Shown: piece by piece, positions 1 through 9,349 of the stretch
Layout of the letters: the number at the start of each line of letters is the position of its first letter
Position numbering within the stretch: position 1 is the stretch's first letter
Assembly: GCA_963800585.1 (NCBI GenBank)
Contig: CAWDBP010000014.1
Coordinates: 116,413-180,412, forward strand
DNA length: 64,000 bases
Direction: 5' to 3'
Source: an uncultured Bacteroidales bacterium
GTDB lineage: Bacteria > Bacteroidota > Bacteroidia > Bacteroidales > FEN-979
Notes under the pieces: model-generated
The model's input: the letters and a program-made list of their open reading frames with translations, nothing else
Database searches by the model: none
What the model was told of the DNA's origin: nothing
Program-made: the position numbers and the translations under genes

Positions 1-3000
1 ACGAATATTTAGCGGCAATGTGGTAAAGGTTTTCATCATAGGGAAAGTTGAATTTACCTTCACCATGTGCCACCCAGATTCCCAGCCTGGAACCGGCAAG
101 TGATCCCAGCATGACAGAATGATTTTCCCGAATGTCCACTGTAATAAACGTACATTCAAATTTATTTGAGGCGTTCCATCCCATGATCGGTTGTTTCAAC
201 ATGATCAGGATAGATCAGTCCAAGTTCCACAAGAAGCTGGCATCCATTGCAAACGCCAAGACTAAGTGTATCCTTCCCTGCGGAAGAAATTATCAAGGGT
301 GTGTTTTGCTTTTTCATTGTAAAGGAAAGCTCCTGCCCAGCCTTTTGCCGAACCCAATACGTCTGAATTTGAGAATCCCCCGACAAATGCGATCAGGTTG
401 ACATCTTCCAGGGTCTCCCTGCCGGCTATCAGGTCAGTCATATGAACATCCTTCACGTCAAACCCTGCCAGGTAAAGTGAGTATGCCATATCACGGTCGC
501 GGTTGACGCCTTTCTCGCGAATAATGGCTGCTTTGAAACCGGAAGGGGTTCTTCTCTTTAGGTCGATCCCGTACTGGGATGACTTCCCGGTAAAAGTGTC
601 TTTAAATGTGAACTTTAATGGTTGATTCTTGTAATTGGAATATCTTTCAAGTGCTGATGTCTGGCCCGCATTGCTTGCGGTCAAGCAGGTAAGAGGTTTT
701 AAACCAGGTATCCCTAAGTTGATCGATATCAAAGGTATATTTGGAAGATCCATTTTTAATAAAGATCTTTCTTTCCGGGATTATTTTTCCGATAGAAAAC
801 CATTTTAACCCGGCAGCATTCATCAGCGGTCTGCATTCTTCAAGGTTCTTCACCTGGATCACGACGCCTGGGTTTTCATTGAATAGTAATTGAACAGGAT
901 CGTTAATTGCCAATTGAAGCGAGATCGAGATCCATACCAAGGAGTGTCATCGGCAAAAGTCATCTCGAGAAGCGTCGTAATAAAGCCACCGGCAGAGATG
1001 TCATGTCCTGCCAGGATCATGCTCTTTATTGATCATCCCCTGGATCAGTTCAAATCCCTTTATAAAATATGCTGCATCAGGGACATCCGGGACACTGTTA
1101 CCCAGTTGGCTGATCACCTGTGCAAAGCTGCTTCCACCCAGCTTCAGAGAATCTCCTGAAAGATTTATGTAAACAAGGGCACTTCCCGGCTCATTGATCA
1201 GAACCGGACTGATCACCTTTTTCACATTGCTTACCTCCCCTACCGCTGAAATAATAACGGTACCCGGAGAATAAACCACCTTGCCATCGGGATATTTCTG
1301 AGTCATCGAGAGGGAATCTTTTCCTGTCGGAATATTGATCCCCAACTTGATAGCAAAATCACTGACGGCTTTCACGGCTGCATATAAACGGGCGTCTTCC
1401 CCGGGGTTTTTGCAGGGCCACATCCAGTTGGCGCTTAGGGAAACGCCTGCCAGTCCATGAGTCAGAGGTGCCCATACCAGGTTGGTCAAAGCCTTTGCGA
1501 TAGCGATACGCGACCCGGCTTCGGGCATCAATTAAGGCTACCGCAGGCGCATGGCCAAGAGAAGTGGCGATACCTTTTTCTCCCCTGGTAATCCAGTGCC
1601 GTCACACCCAGGTTGTTCAGCGGAAGCTGAATGGCACCGCAGGTTTGCTGATTAGCTATCTTGCCCGACACGGCCCGGTCGACTTTATTGGTCAGCCAGT
1701 CTTTGCAGGCAACGGCTTCAAGCTGCAGCAACTCAGTTAGGTAGTCGGATAATCTTACTCTTGTCATATCATAAGTCCCGAGCTATTGGTATCGCTTAAA
1801 GCCCCTCCCTGTTGGGGGTGGGGTACTGAGAGTCGATCAAGGATGGTTTTTGGAGGCTTTCCAAAGAAATCTTCCATTTTTAGATCGATGGGGCATGTAT
1901 TCTTCTTCTTGTCCATGAAAACAAGCTGATGGTCACCTGTCGTCTCTCCCACATCATAAAACGGGGCCCTTTCACGTTCGGCAATCCTTCTCATCAGGGC
2001 AACATCCTCTTCGGCGAGAAGCAATCCCATCCTTTCCTGTGATTCATTGCTGATGATCTCTTTATCTGACAAGGTCGGATCGCCAATAGGCAGGGCATCG
2101 ATATGGATCACGCCACCCGTTGATTCTATGAGTTCGGAAATGGAATTCAGGTGACCGCCTGCCCCATGGTCGTGAATGGAAACAATCGGATTATGTCCTG
2201 CTTCCGTCATGGCACGGATGGCATTGAAAACCCTTTTCTGCATTTCCGGGTTGGAACGCTGAACGGCATTGAGTTCAATGGCATTTTTATATTCTCCCGT
2301 TGCGACGGATGAAACAGCACCGCCTCCCATGCCGATGCGGTAATTATCGCCGCCAAGGACGATCAATTTCTCGATCCGCTTCCGGCTCTTCTTTCAGGCT
2401 GTCCTCTTTCCTTGCAAAGCCCATCCCACCTGCCAGCATGATCACCTTGTCGTAGCCATATATCTTGTCGTCATATGCATGTTCAAATGTCAGAGCAGAA
2501 CCACAGATCAGGGGTTGACCGAATTTATTGCCAAAATCGCTGGCGCCGTTGGATGCTTTGATGAGGATCTCTTCCGGATTCTGGTACAGCCATTTTCTTG
2601 CCGTGACTGCTTTTTCCCAGCTTCTTCCTCCATCAATCCTGGGGTAGGAAGTCATATAAACTGCCGTTCCTGCAAGGGGGATGCTGCCTTTACCTCCTGC
2701 CATCCGGTCGCGGATCTCTCCTCCCGATCCGGTGGCTGCTCCATTGAAAGGTTCAACAGTCGTAGGGAAATTATGGGTCTCCGCTTTCAGGGAGATCACT
2801 GAAGATATATCTTTGACAAAGAAGAAGTCCGGCTTGTCCTGGGTCTCTGGCGCAAATTGTTCAATAAGCGGTCCTTCGATGAAGGCCACATTATCCTTAT
2901 AGGCAGAAACCAGCAATCTGGAATGCACTTTTGAGGTCTTGCGGATAAGGTCAAACAAGCTGTCCGGCATCTCTTTCCCGTCGATGACAAAGAGGCCGTT

Positions 3001-3516
3001 AAAGATCTTATGCCTGCAATGTTCCGAATTCACCTGTGAAAACCCGAACACTTCACTGTCGGTCAACTTTCGCCCCAGCTTGGCCTGTAATTGCTCCAGG
3101 TAAACGATCTCTTCTTCGCTCAGGGCAAGCCCCTGTGCCAGGTTATAGGCTGCAATATCGTCTATAAAAAGGACAGGTTCCGGCTTCCGGTCTATGAAAA
3201 AAACCTGCTGGTCCAAACCTTCATAGATCTGTTCCAGCATCTTATCGTAATTCGTAATTCGTAATTCGTAATTGGAAAACTCCTCGATCCGGGTGATCCC
3301 CCTAATCCCCATATTCTGGGTAATTTCCACCGCATTCGTACTCCATGGAGTGATCATCTCTTTCCGCGGGCCAACAAACTTTCCTGAAACTGTGGGTTGA
3401 CTTATTGCCTCTGCCTTCCCAAAAAGCCAGGAAAGTTTCGGAATATCATCATTATTCAGAGGATTGTCCGTTTGTACTGCGAAAACAAATTGAGATCCCT
3501 GGAAAAAGATTACCAT
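1..3516 (-). pseudogene. purL: phosphoribosylformylglycinamidine synthase (single-chain FGAM synthase); 3' end runs off the window; frame broken at least 6 times
   Basis: Minus-strand ORFs 2344-3516, 1764-2366, 1528-1767, 1001-1531, 647-940, 262-753 and 162-386, plus an unlisted frame at 1-160, read as one protein. It has an N-terminal domain, AIR-synthase-like cores (LIVLGGDNYRIGMGGGAVSS) and a C-terminal glutaminase (GVCNGCQLL ... WVAHGEGKF). The breaks may be assembly indels or true decay. Confidence 0.9.
3246..3273 (-). repeat. four perfect tandem copies of heptamer CGTAATT inside the purL coding region
   Basis: The plus strand reads cgtaatt x4. On the coding strand this encodes ...SNYELRITNYD... 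in the intact ORF 2344-3516. Confidence 0.9.
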
Positions 3517-3545
3517 TGGCGTTGGATATTAGTTTTTTGGCGTAG

Positions 3546-3565
3546 GGGCACAAAATTTTGTGCCC
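3546..3565. repeat. 20-nt perfect palindrome GGGCACAAAATTTTGTGCCC between trxB stop and purL start
   Basis: Read directly from the sequence. It lies 30 nt upstream of the purL ATG (3516) and about 125 nt downstream of the trxB stop. Confidence 0.85.
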
Positions 3566-3632
3566 GTCCCGGTGTTGGGTTCTTGCACTTTTGGCTTTAC
3601 ATTTTGCACTTTACACTTTAATTTATTTTTAA

Positions 3633-3688
3633 CTCACCACGTCACCATGTCACCACGTCACCACGTCACCATGTCACCAGTTCACCAC
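3633..3688 (-). repeat. 8-nt-period tandem array, TCACC/GGTGA family (array A, 7 units)
   Basis: Plus strand: ctcaccac gtcaccat gtcaccac gtcaccac gtcaccat gtcaccag ttcaccac. The GGTGA strand is the minus strand, which is the trxB coding strand. The array starts 2 nt after the trxB TGA. Confidence 0.95.
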
Positions 3689-3689
3689 T

Positions 3690-4625
3690 TCAGGAACTCA
3701 GAAAACGCTCAGCTTCGATTGCTGCCATACATCCGGTCCCTGCCGCAGTAATGGCCTGCCGGTAATAATGATCTTGCACGTCGCCGCAGGCAAACACGCC
3801 ATCAACGCTTGTGCGGGTCGAGCCGGGAACGGTTTCAATGTAACCCGTCTCACTCATTTCCACCTGGTCCCTGAAGACTTCTGAATTCGGAGTATGTCCT
3901 ATAGCCACGAAGAGGCCGGTAATTTCGAGTTTCCGGGTTTCCCCGGTTTTGACATTCTTGACTAGTAATCCATTAACACCAGAGTCATCGCCGAGAACTT
4001 CCTCAGGAACGCTGTCCCAGATCATCTCGATATTTGGCGTATTCACAACTTTATGCTGCATGGCCTTTGAAGCACGCAACTCATTCCGGCGATGGATCAT
4101 ATAAACTTTATTGCAAAGCTTGGCCAGGTAAGTGGCTTCCTCGGCAGCAGTATCACCTCCGCCAACAATTGCTACATCCTGTTTGCGGTAGAAAAAGCCA
4201 TCGCAGGTTGCACAGGCCGATACTCCCTGTCCCCTGAATTTATTTTCAGTTTCCAGTCCCAACCATTTGGCTGATGCGCCTGTTGCAATAATGACCGTCT
4301 CTGCAAGGATGGTTTTCCCGTCATCGGCCTCAATTTTAAAGGGTCTTATTGAGAAATCAACTTTTGTCACAATCCCAAACCTCACGTCAGTTCCAAACCG
4401 TTGTGCCTGTTTCTTCAGGTCCTCCATCAATTCAGGACCTTGAATGCCCTGTGGGTATCCGGGAAAATTATCCACATCGGTCGTGCTGGTCAGCTGCCCT
4501 CCTGGCTCCAATCCTTCGTATATCACGGGCTTCAGGTCGGCCCTGGCAGCATAAATGGCTGCGGTATAGCCCGCCGGTCCCGATCCGATAATAAGGCACC
4601 TTATATTTTCTGTTGTCACACTCAT
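3690..4625 (-). CDS. trxB: thioredoxin-disulfide reductase
   Basis: Intact 311-aa ORF with an FAD motif (GSGPAGYTAAIYAARA), the redox-active CATCDG, and an NADPH motif (VGGGDTAAEEA). Confidence 0.95.
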   Translation of the reverse strand: MSVTTENIRCLIIGSGPAGYTAAIYAARADLKPVIYEGLEPGGQLTSTTDVDNFPGYPQGIQGPELMEDLKKQAQRFGTDVRFGIVTKVDFSIRPFKIEADDGKTILAETVIIATGASAKWLGLETENKFRGQGVSACATCDGFFYRKQDVAIVGGGDTAAEEATYLAKLCNKVYMIHRRNELRASKAMQHKVVNTPNIEMIWDSVPEEVLGDDSGVNGLLVKNVKTGETRKLEITGLFVAIGHTPNSEVFRDQVEMSETGYIETVPGSTRTSVDGVFACGDVQDHYYRQAITAAGTGCMAAIEAERFLSS

Positions 4626-4648
4626 TCTAACTGGTTATTTCGAGGATG

Positions 4649-4656
4649 CAAAGTTA
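4649..4656 (-). promoter_or_regulatory. candidate Bacteroidota -7 box (TAnnTTTG) for trxB
   Basis: The minus strand reads TAACTTTG, 23 nt upstream of the trxB ATG. Confidence 0.45.
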
Positions 4657-5034
4657 AGAATTTTTAGAATGACCACAGCCCAATCCCAAACACCACGGTA
4701 ACCTTCTCTTATTTCCTACGTATAACGCTTTGACCATTTAACATACCATACCACACTATACTTATGATCTGGTCACTGACATTTCCCCATATGCCTCCGG
4801 TCTCAGGCTTGATACTGCCTTGGCCCGCATATTGATTCGCATTGTGGCTGCAGGACGGATCAATGGACCGGCACATAGCCTTCATATCAAGCTATCACAT
4901 TCAAGTCTGGGCGGAGGATCGGGGAATTAAACGTGTGAAAGATGTAACTTTTTACCACTATTTTGTAACACTTCTCGGAATTTATAGGCACATCTTTGCA
5001 CAATGGAAAATTTTCCATAGTTAAATTTTAAAAA

Positions 5035-5316
5035 ATGGAAACTTCAATTTTCACCATTGCCGAAGAAGAGATTAGTGGTTATGAAAAAATCATTAGCGTC
5101 CTCAAAGTAAGAATAGCAAGCAAGACTAAAGAAAACATTGTTGAAGATGAAAAGACATTAGCGGAGTTGGAACAGAAGGAAAAAGCTTTGAAAAAGAAAC
5201 TGGAAACCTATGAAGACGCAGGAATTGAACTGTGGTATTTCTTTAAATTCAAATTTAACCACGATATGGATAAACTCCGAAAAGCATTGAAATATTTTAT
5301 GGTTACAAGAACTTAG
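5035..5316 (+). CDS. hypothetical small coiled-coil protein
   Basis: 93-aa ORF with a charged, heptad-like sequence (EDEKTLAELEQKEKALKKKLETYED). I recognise no family. It sits in an otherwise empty 750-bp gap. Confidence 0.35.
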   Translation: METSIFTIAEEEISGYEKIISVLKVRIASKTKENIVEDEKTLAELEQKEKALKKKLETYEDAGIELWYFFKFKFNHDMDKLRKALKYFMVTRT

Positions 5317-5358
5317 AAAGCTTAACACCAAGGCCCTGCAAGGACAAAGTGCAAAAAC

Positions 5359-5395
5359 CCCAATACCTAATACCCAATACCTAATTCTTAATTAC
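5359..5395 (-). repeat. 7-8 nt tandem array CYAATAC (minus strand GTATTRG) overlapping the stop of the ELWxxDGT gene
   Basis: Plus strand: cccaatac ctaatac ccaatac ctaattc ttaattac. The gene's last codons (VIKN) and its TAG lie inside the array. Confidence 0.8.
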
Positions 5396-6991
5396 TTTTT
5401 TAGTGGTAATCGTTTGATTGTTGCTGATCATTCTTAGAATATAAACTCCTGACGGATGGTTGGTCAGATCGACGGTATTTATTGCATTTACCATAGTTTG
5501 ATGGTAAACCGGAAGACCGGTGATGTCAGAAATTTCTAATTGTGCGCCAGGAACTGACGCTGGAAGAACGACATTAAAGATCCCCTTGGTCGGATTTGGA
5601 TAAACTGACAGGTTTTCTTCTGTCAGGTGCGAAATGCCCGACGGGAACTCTGTATAGCGGCAAAGCTGATAGTCGGACCATAAGGTATATGCAGCCGCAA
5701 AATAAACTGCGTTGTTGAACGTCACCCATGCCTGCCAGGGATCAAAAGGAGTTCCCCCGGCGGTACCTGGGGGTGTGGGACAAACAGTTCCTGCGGCAGT
5801 ACCGTTTGTAGCAAACAGTTGTTCTTCATCGGAAATAGTGTCATACCCGGTCATTATCAATTTATCCTGGAATGAGAACAATTTCGCGGGATCAAGACCA
5901 TGAGCGAAACTGGTTACTTTGGAAGGAGTGTTGGCTACGCTGTCCATAACCCATAACTGGTTAGTATTTGAAAGTGAATCGTAGCCCGACATGTAAAGCT
6001 TATTCTTATGAACAGCCATCGATGTTGGCTGAAACCCGGAATAGGTACGGTTGGTATAGTCTGTTTTGACTGTTTTAGTTCCCGCAGTCGTTCCATCCGT
6101 TACCCATAACTGGAAATACGCACCGGTATCAGCTCCCATAAAGTACATTTTTGAATTATAAAGAGTAAAAGTACTCGGGTAAAATCCCACGTCACCCGTT
6201 ACATTAATATGGGTAAATTCCAAGGTTCCCCCGGCAGTTCCATCCGTAGCAAAAAGTTGGTTCTCATTTACTCCGTCAGTGGAATTGAAATAGACTTTAC
6301 CGTTATAGGCGAAAAAATAAGAAGAGTAAGCGTCACCTGTGGGGTTTAATCTTTTCAGCATTACGGTTCCCGCAGCAGTACCATCCGAAATCCAGAGCTG
6401 GGTTTGGTTTACGCCATCGTTTGCATTGAAATATATTTTCCCGCCATAGGAATACATATTGGAAATGCTTGCAGGGCCTGTAGAATTGATTGTTTTAACC
6501 AATGTTGTGCCGGCTGCAGTTCCATCCGTTTGCCAGAGCTGATCGTTGATTGGATTGGAATTTGTGTTGTCCCCAGCGAAATATACTTTGTTGTTCAAAA
6601 TCGCATAATTCTCAGAACTCACCGTAATATTGGCAATCGATGATGTCCCTACCGTAGTTCCGTCGCTCTTCCATAAATGGGTCCGGTTGTCGAAAATAAG
6701 CAGGTTGTTCAGTATAGTCAAATGTTCTAATGAAGGATATAGGAGCATCGAATCTATTTGCTTTACAGTGGTAACCCCGGCCGCTGAACCATCGGGGGTA
6801 ACCATCAAGTAATCGACAAACTGTTCGTCATTCGTGCCAAAAAAATAAAGTTTCCCGTTAAATACAGTTAAATTACTTGGATCGAGCCCATTAGTGCCAT
6901 AATAATTCATACTCGTAATCTTCTGTACATATTGTGATTCAACTGTGGTGCAAATCAGCAATACGAAAATCAATGTATAAATCTGTTTCAT
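5381..6991 (-). CDS. ELWxxDGT-repeat secreted protein with T9SS type A C-terminal sorting domain
   Basis: 536 aa with a signal peptide. It has at least 7 repeats of the (Q/H)LW.(S/T)DGT(A/T)(A/V)GT type (LWQTDGTAAGTTLVK, LWISDGTAAGTVML, LWVTDGTTAGTKTV). The C-terminus (LSVYPNPTKGIFNVVL...GVYILRM) is typical of the Por secretion CTD. Confidence 0.85.
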   Translation of the reverse strand: MKQIYTLIFVLLICTTVESQYVQKITSMNYYGTNGLDPSNLTVFNGKLYFFGTNDEQFVDYLMVTPDGSAAGVTTVKQIDSMLLYPSLEHLTILNNLLIFDNRTHLWKSDGTTVGTSSIANITVSSENYAILNNKVYFAGDNTNSNPINDQLWQTDGTAAGTTLVKTINSTGPASISNMYSYGGKIYFNANDGVNQTQLWISDGTAAGTVMLKRLNPTGDAYSSYFFAYNGKVYFNSTDGVNENQLFATDGTAGGTLEFTHINVTGDVGFYPSTFTLYNSKMYFMGADTGAYFQLWVTDGTTAGTKTVKTDYTNRTYSGFQPTSMAVHKNKLYMSGYDSLSNTNQLWVMDSVANTPSKVTSFAHGLDPAKLFSFQDKLIMTGYDTISDEEQLFATNGTAAGTVCPTPPGTAGGTPFDPWQAWVTFNNAVYFAAAYTLWSDYQLCRYTEFPSGISHLTEENLSVYPNPTKGIFNVVLPASVPGAQLEISDITGLPVYHQTMVNAINTVDLTNHPSGVYILRMISNNQTITTKKVIKN

Positions 6992-7016
6992 GATGAATAA
7001 TTTTTAATGTCCCTGC

Positions 7017-7024
7017 CAAAGATA
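7017..7024 (-). promoter_or_regulatory. candidate -7 box (TAnnTTTG)
   Basis: The minus strand reads TATCTTTG, 25 nt upstream of the ATG at 6991. Confidence 0.45.
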
Positions 7025-7152
7025 ATTATTAATCACAAACTGCATTGATATAAAATATAAGTGCGAATGAAAATTGCAAAATAAAGAAAGGGGCATGATG
7101 TAATCATGCCCCTGCAAGAAATATTTTTGATTTGTAAACCAGTATTTTATTC

Positions 7153-8583
7153 TTATTCCTTCATGAACTTATTCACTACCATCCCCTTGTCGCTGTTGAT
7201 TTTGATGATATACAATCCGTCTGTAAGAGCCGAAACATCAACCACGGCTTTAGGTCCGCTAAGAGAATAAGAGCTTATTAAACGTCCGTCCATGCTGAAT
7301 ATACCGGCGTCAAAATGCCCTGTCATCTGGTTTACAATGTATAGCCTGTCATGAGCCGGATTTGGATAAATAGTCACACCGCCCTGTTTATTTTCCGCGA
7401 TCCCAAGTGGGGCTGATATGGCTACATTTGAAGTTACGCTCTGGTATTCAGTGCTCTTATCCGTTGGGTAACAGGGGTAAGGTTTTACAACTTCAATGTA
7501 ATAATAGGTGGCTCCCGATGCAAAGTACGGGTCGGTATATAACAGGGTATAGCTGTCGGCGGCTACCGAATCGATCAACACCCAGGGACCGGAATTATGT
7601 TTCCTGTGGATGCGGTAGGTCTGGAAGGTAAACCCGATATATGAATTCCAGGTAAGGTTGAATCCCGTGAAGCCGGAACTGACATCCAGGTGAATGGTCA
7701 TATGATCGGCGCTGAGAGCCGATTCCGCGCCTGTCGTGTCGGTCACCGACAACTCGTAACGATCCCAGTGTATCAAAGGATGAGAAGCGGTATCGATAAA
7801 GGTGCTCATATGTGAAAAAGGAACCTGGCCTATTTTGGCGTAAACATTCGACTGGTAGGTCTGTTTATAAATGTTATAGTGCGTAAGGTTATAAACACCC
7901 GATGGTTTATTCCAGATGATTATATTCTTTGAGGTCGTGGTGTCATAAGAAACCATGCAGATGTATGGCGTCGTGGGAGGATTGCCTGAAACAACCACAA
8001 TGGCGCTGTCAAGCATGCTGGTCAGGCAGGCGCCCGAGGTAGTGTCGTACTTGGCTTTGCATTTATAGGTTCCTGCAGCCGTAAACAGGCCGAAATCAAG
8101 CGCGCTTCCTGTGCCTTCCTGGCTGGCGACACTCGACGTACCATTGTTTAAATAAAGATAATAACTAACTGCGAGCTGCGATCCGCTTAACCCGATATGA
8201 ACGCCTGAGCCTCCATACGGATAGCTCCCTCCCCCGGTGACTGAGTAAATCGCAGGAAGCTCCACGATATGAATGATGTGCGAACTGTTGCACGAATTAC
8301 TGCCATAAATAACATTAAGAGTCACCGTTTTATAACCAAGGGTATCCCATACAATATAATATGGCCCTGGGCCCGAGCCCGACATGATGATCCCGCCGTC
8401 AAAGTTCCAGTTAAAGGTAGCATAATTGGGCGCATTGCCCTGGTATGATACATAAGTATAACATCCGACAGGCGCCTTGGGATACATGAAAAATGTGCAG
8501 GAAATACTGTCGTTCTCAGCATAAAGCTGGCTACTCATCATGCCGACGGTGATGAATAGCAATAATGTAAAGATCGTTTTCAT
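7153..8583 (-). CDS. secreted PKD/Fn3-like protein with T9SS type A C-terminal sorting domain
   Basis: 476 aa with a signal peptide and an Ig/PKD-like N-terminal segment (FNWNFDGG...YKTVTLNV). The C-terminus is VTIYPNPAHDRLYI...DGLYIIKINSDKG. Confidence 0.75.
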   Translation of the reverse strand: MKTIFTLLLFITVGMMSSQLYAENDSISCTFFMYPKAPVGCYTYVSYQGNAPNYATFNWNFDGGIIMSGSGPGPYYIVWDTLGYKTVTLNVIYGSNSCNSSHIIHIVELPAIYSVTGGGSYPYGGSGVHIGLSGSQLAVSYYLYLNNGTSSVASQEGTGSALDFGLFTAAGTYKCKAKYDTTSGACLTSMLDSAIVVVSGNPPTTPYICMVSYDTTTSKNIIIWNKPSGVYNLTHYNIYKQTYQSNVYAKIGQVPFSHMSTFIDTASHPLIHWDRYELSVTDTTGAESALSADHMTIHLDVSSGFTGFNLTWNSYIGFTFQTYRIHRKHNSGPWVLIDSVAADSYTLLYTDPYFASGATYYYIEVVKPYPCYPTDKSTEYQSVTSNVAISAPLGIAENKQGGVTIYPNPAHDRLYIVNQMTGHFDAGIFSMDGRLISSYSLSGPKAVVDVSALTDGLYIIKINSDKGMVVNKFMKE

Positions 8584-9037
8584 TTGATTTGGTTTAGAAT
8601 GTGATACTTAGACACATAATCCCCTTCAGGGTTGCCTGTACCCCTTAATTATTGTCGAAATTCCGCAAAATACCCCGCCTGATGCCTCTATTTCCGGCAT
8701 GTAGAGAGGTGGGGCTTCATCCAATGACATTACCGGTATAAATGTCACCGGTGGCGGAAACGGAAAAGTATTACTGCAAAGGACTTCACATACCATACAT
8801 CTGAGCGGAACTGTCGATGGAACTAAGCATGCTTTTTCAAAAATCACGATCGGTTTTTCCGGAACAAAACAATAGTTATTAAAAGATTGATCTTCTTCGC
8901 TATTTTCCTGACTCTGTCTGAAAATAAAGCAGGTCTTTAAATAATCTCAATTTTCAATAGAACTGGATTGACTAAACGCAACAATTGCGTTTACCTATTC
9001 GATATGGACAATTTTTATGTGTCCGTAACCATACCAG

Positions 9038-9062
9038 AAAAAAAAAGAGGCCTGATTGCCTC
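9038..9062 (-). terminator. rho-independent terminator downstream of tRNA-Pro
   Basis: The minus strand has the stem GAGGC/GCCTC with a 6-nt loop, followed by a run of 9 T. Confidence 0.7.
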
Positions 9063-9072
9063 CTTTCTTTAG

Positions 9073-9146
9073 TCGGGGCGAGAAGACTCGAACTTCCGAC
9101 CCCTTGCACCCCATGCAAGTACGCTAGCCAACTGCGCCACGCCCCG
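9073..9146 (-). tRNA. tRNA-Pro: tRNA-Pro (anticodon GGG)
   Basis: Cloverleaf folded by hand over 74 nt. Acceptor stem is CGGGGCG/CGCCCCG, anticodon stem CTTGC/GCAAG, anticodon loop A-T-GGG-G-T, and T-arm GGAAG TTCGAGT CTTCT. No CCA is encoded. Confidence 0.9.
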
Positions 9147-9195
9147 TCAAGAATGCAAAGGTAAAAATTATTTCGGAAACTGGTTTTTTTTCATC

Positions 9196-9292
9196 TCACA
9201 ACATGCCCTCTCCCCTCCTCTCACCACGTCACCACATCACTAGTTCACTACCTCACCAGTTCACTACCTCACCACATCACCAGTTCACCACA
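9196..9292 (-). repeat. composite repeat: TCACAACATGCCCTC + CT-rich tract + TCACC octamer array (array B, 9 units)
   Basis: The 15-nt head (9196-9210) is identical to 11646-11660. The octamers at 9221-9292 are tcaccacg tcaccaca tcactagt tcactacc tcaccagt tcactacc tcaccaca tcaccagt tcaccaca. The tail cattttccgcgtcacgatactc is shared with 61589-61631. Confidence 0.9.
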
Positions 9293-9311
9293 TTTTCCGC
9301 GTCACGATACT

Positions 9312-9333
9312 CCCCTCCCTCTTGGGGGAGGGG
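9312..9333 (-). terminator. GC-rich hairpin just after the stop of the 9350-11566 gene (terminator-like, no U-tract)
   Basis: CCCCTCCC / GGGAGGGG stem read directly, 17 nt downstream of the TGA at 9350-9352. Confidence 0.4.
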
Positions 9334-9349
9334 CCGGGGGTGGGGTGCC

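Noticed and set aside
8626-8847. 73-aa Cys-containing ORF in the gap between the 7153-8583 gene and tRNA-Pro
   Set aside because: It has no family resemblance, no promoter box and an odd composition. I cannot support it as coding from the sequence alone.
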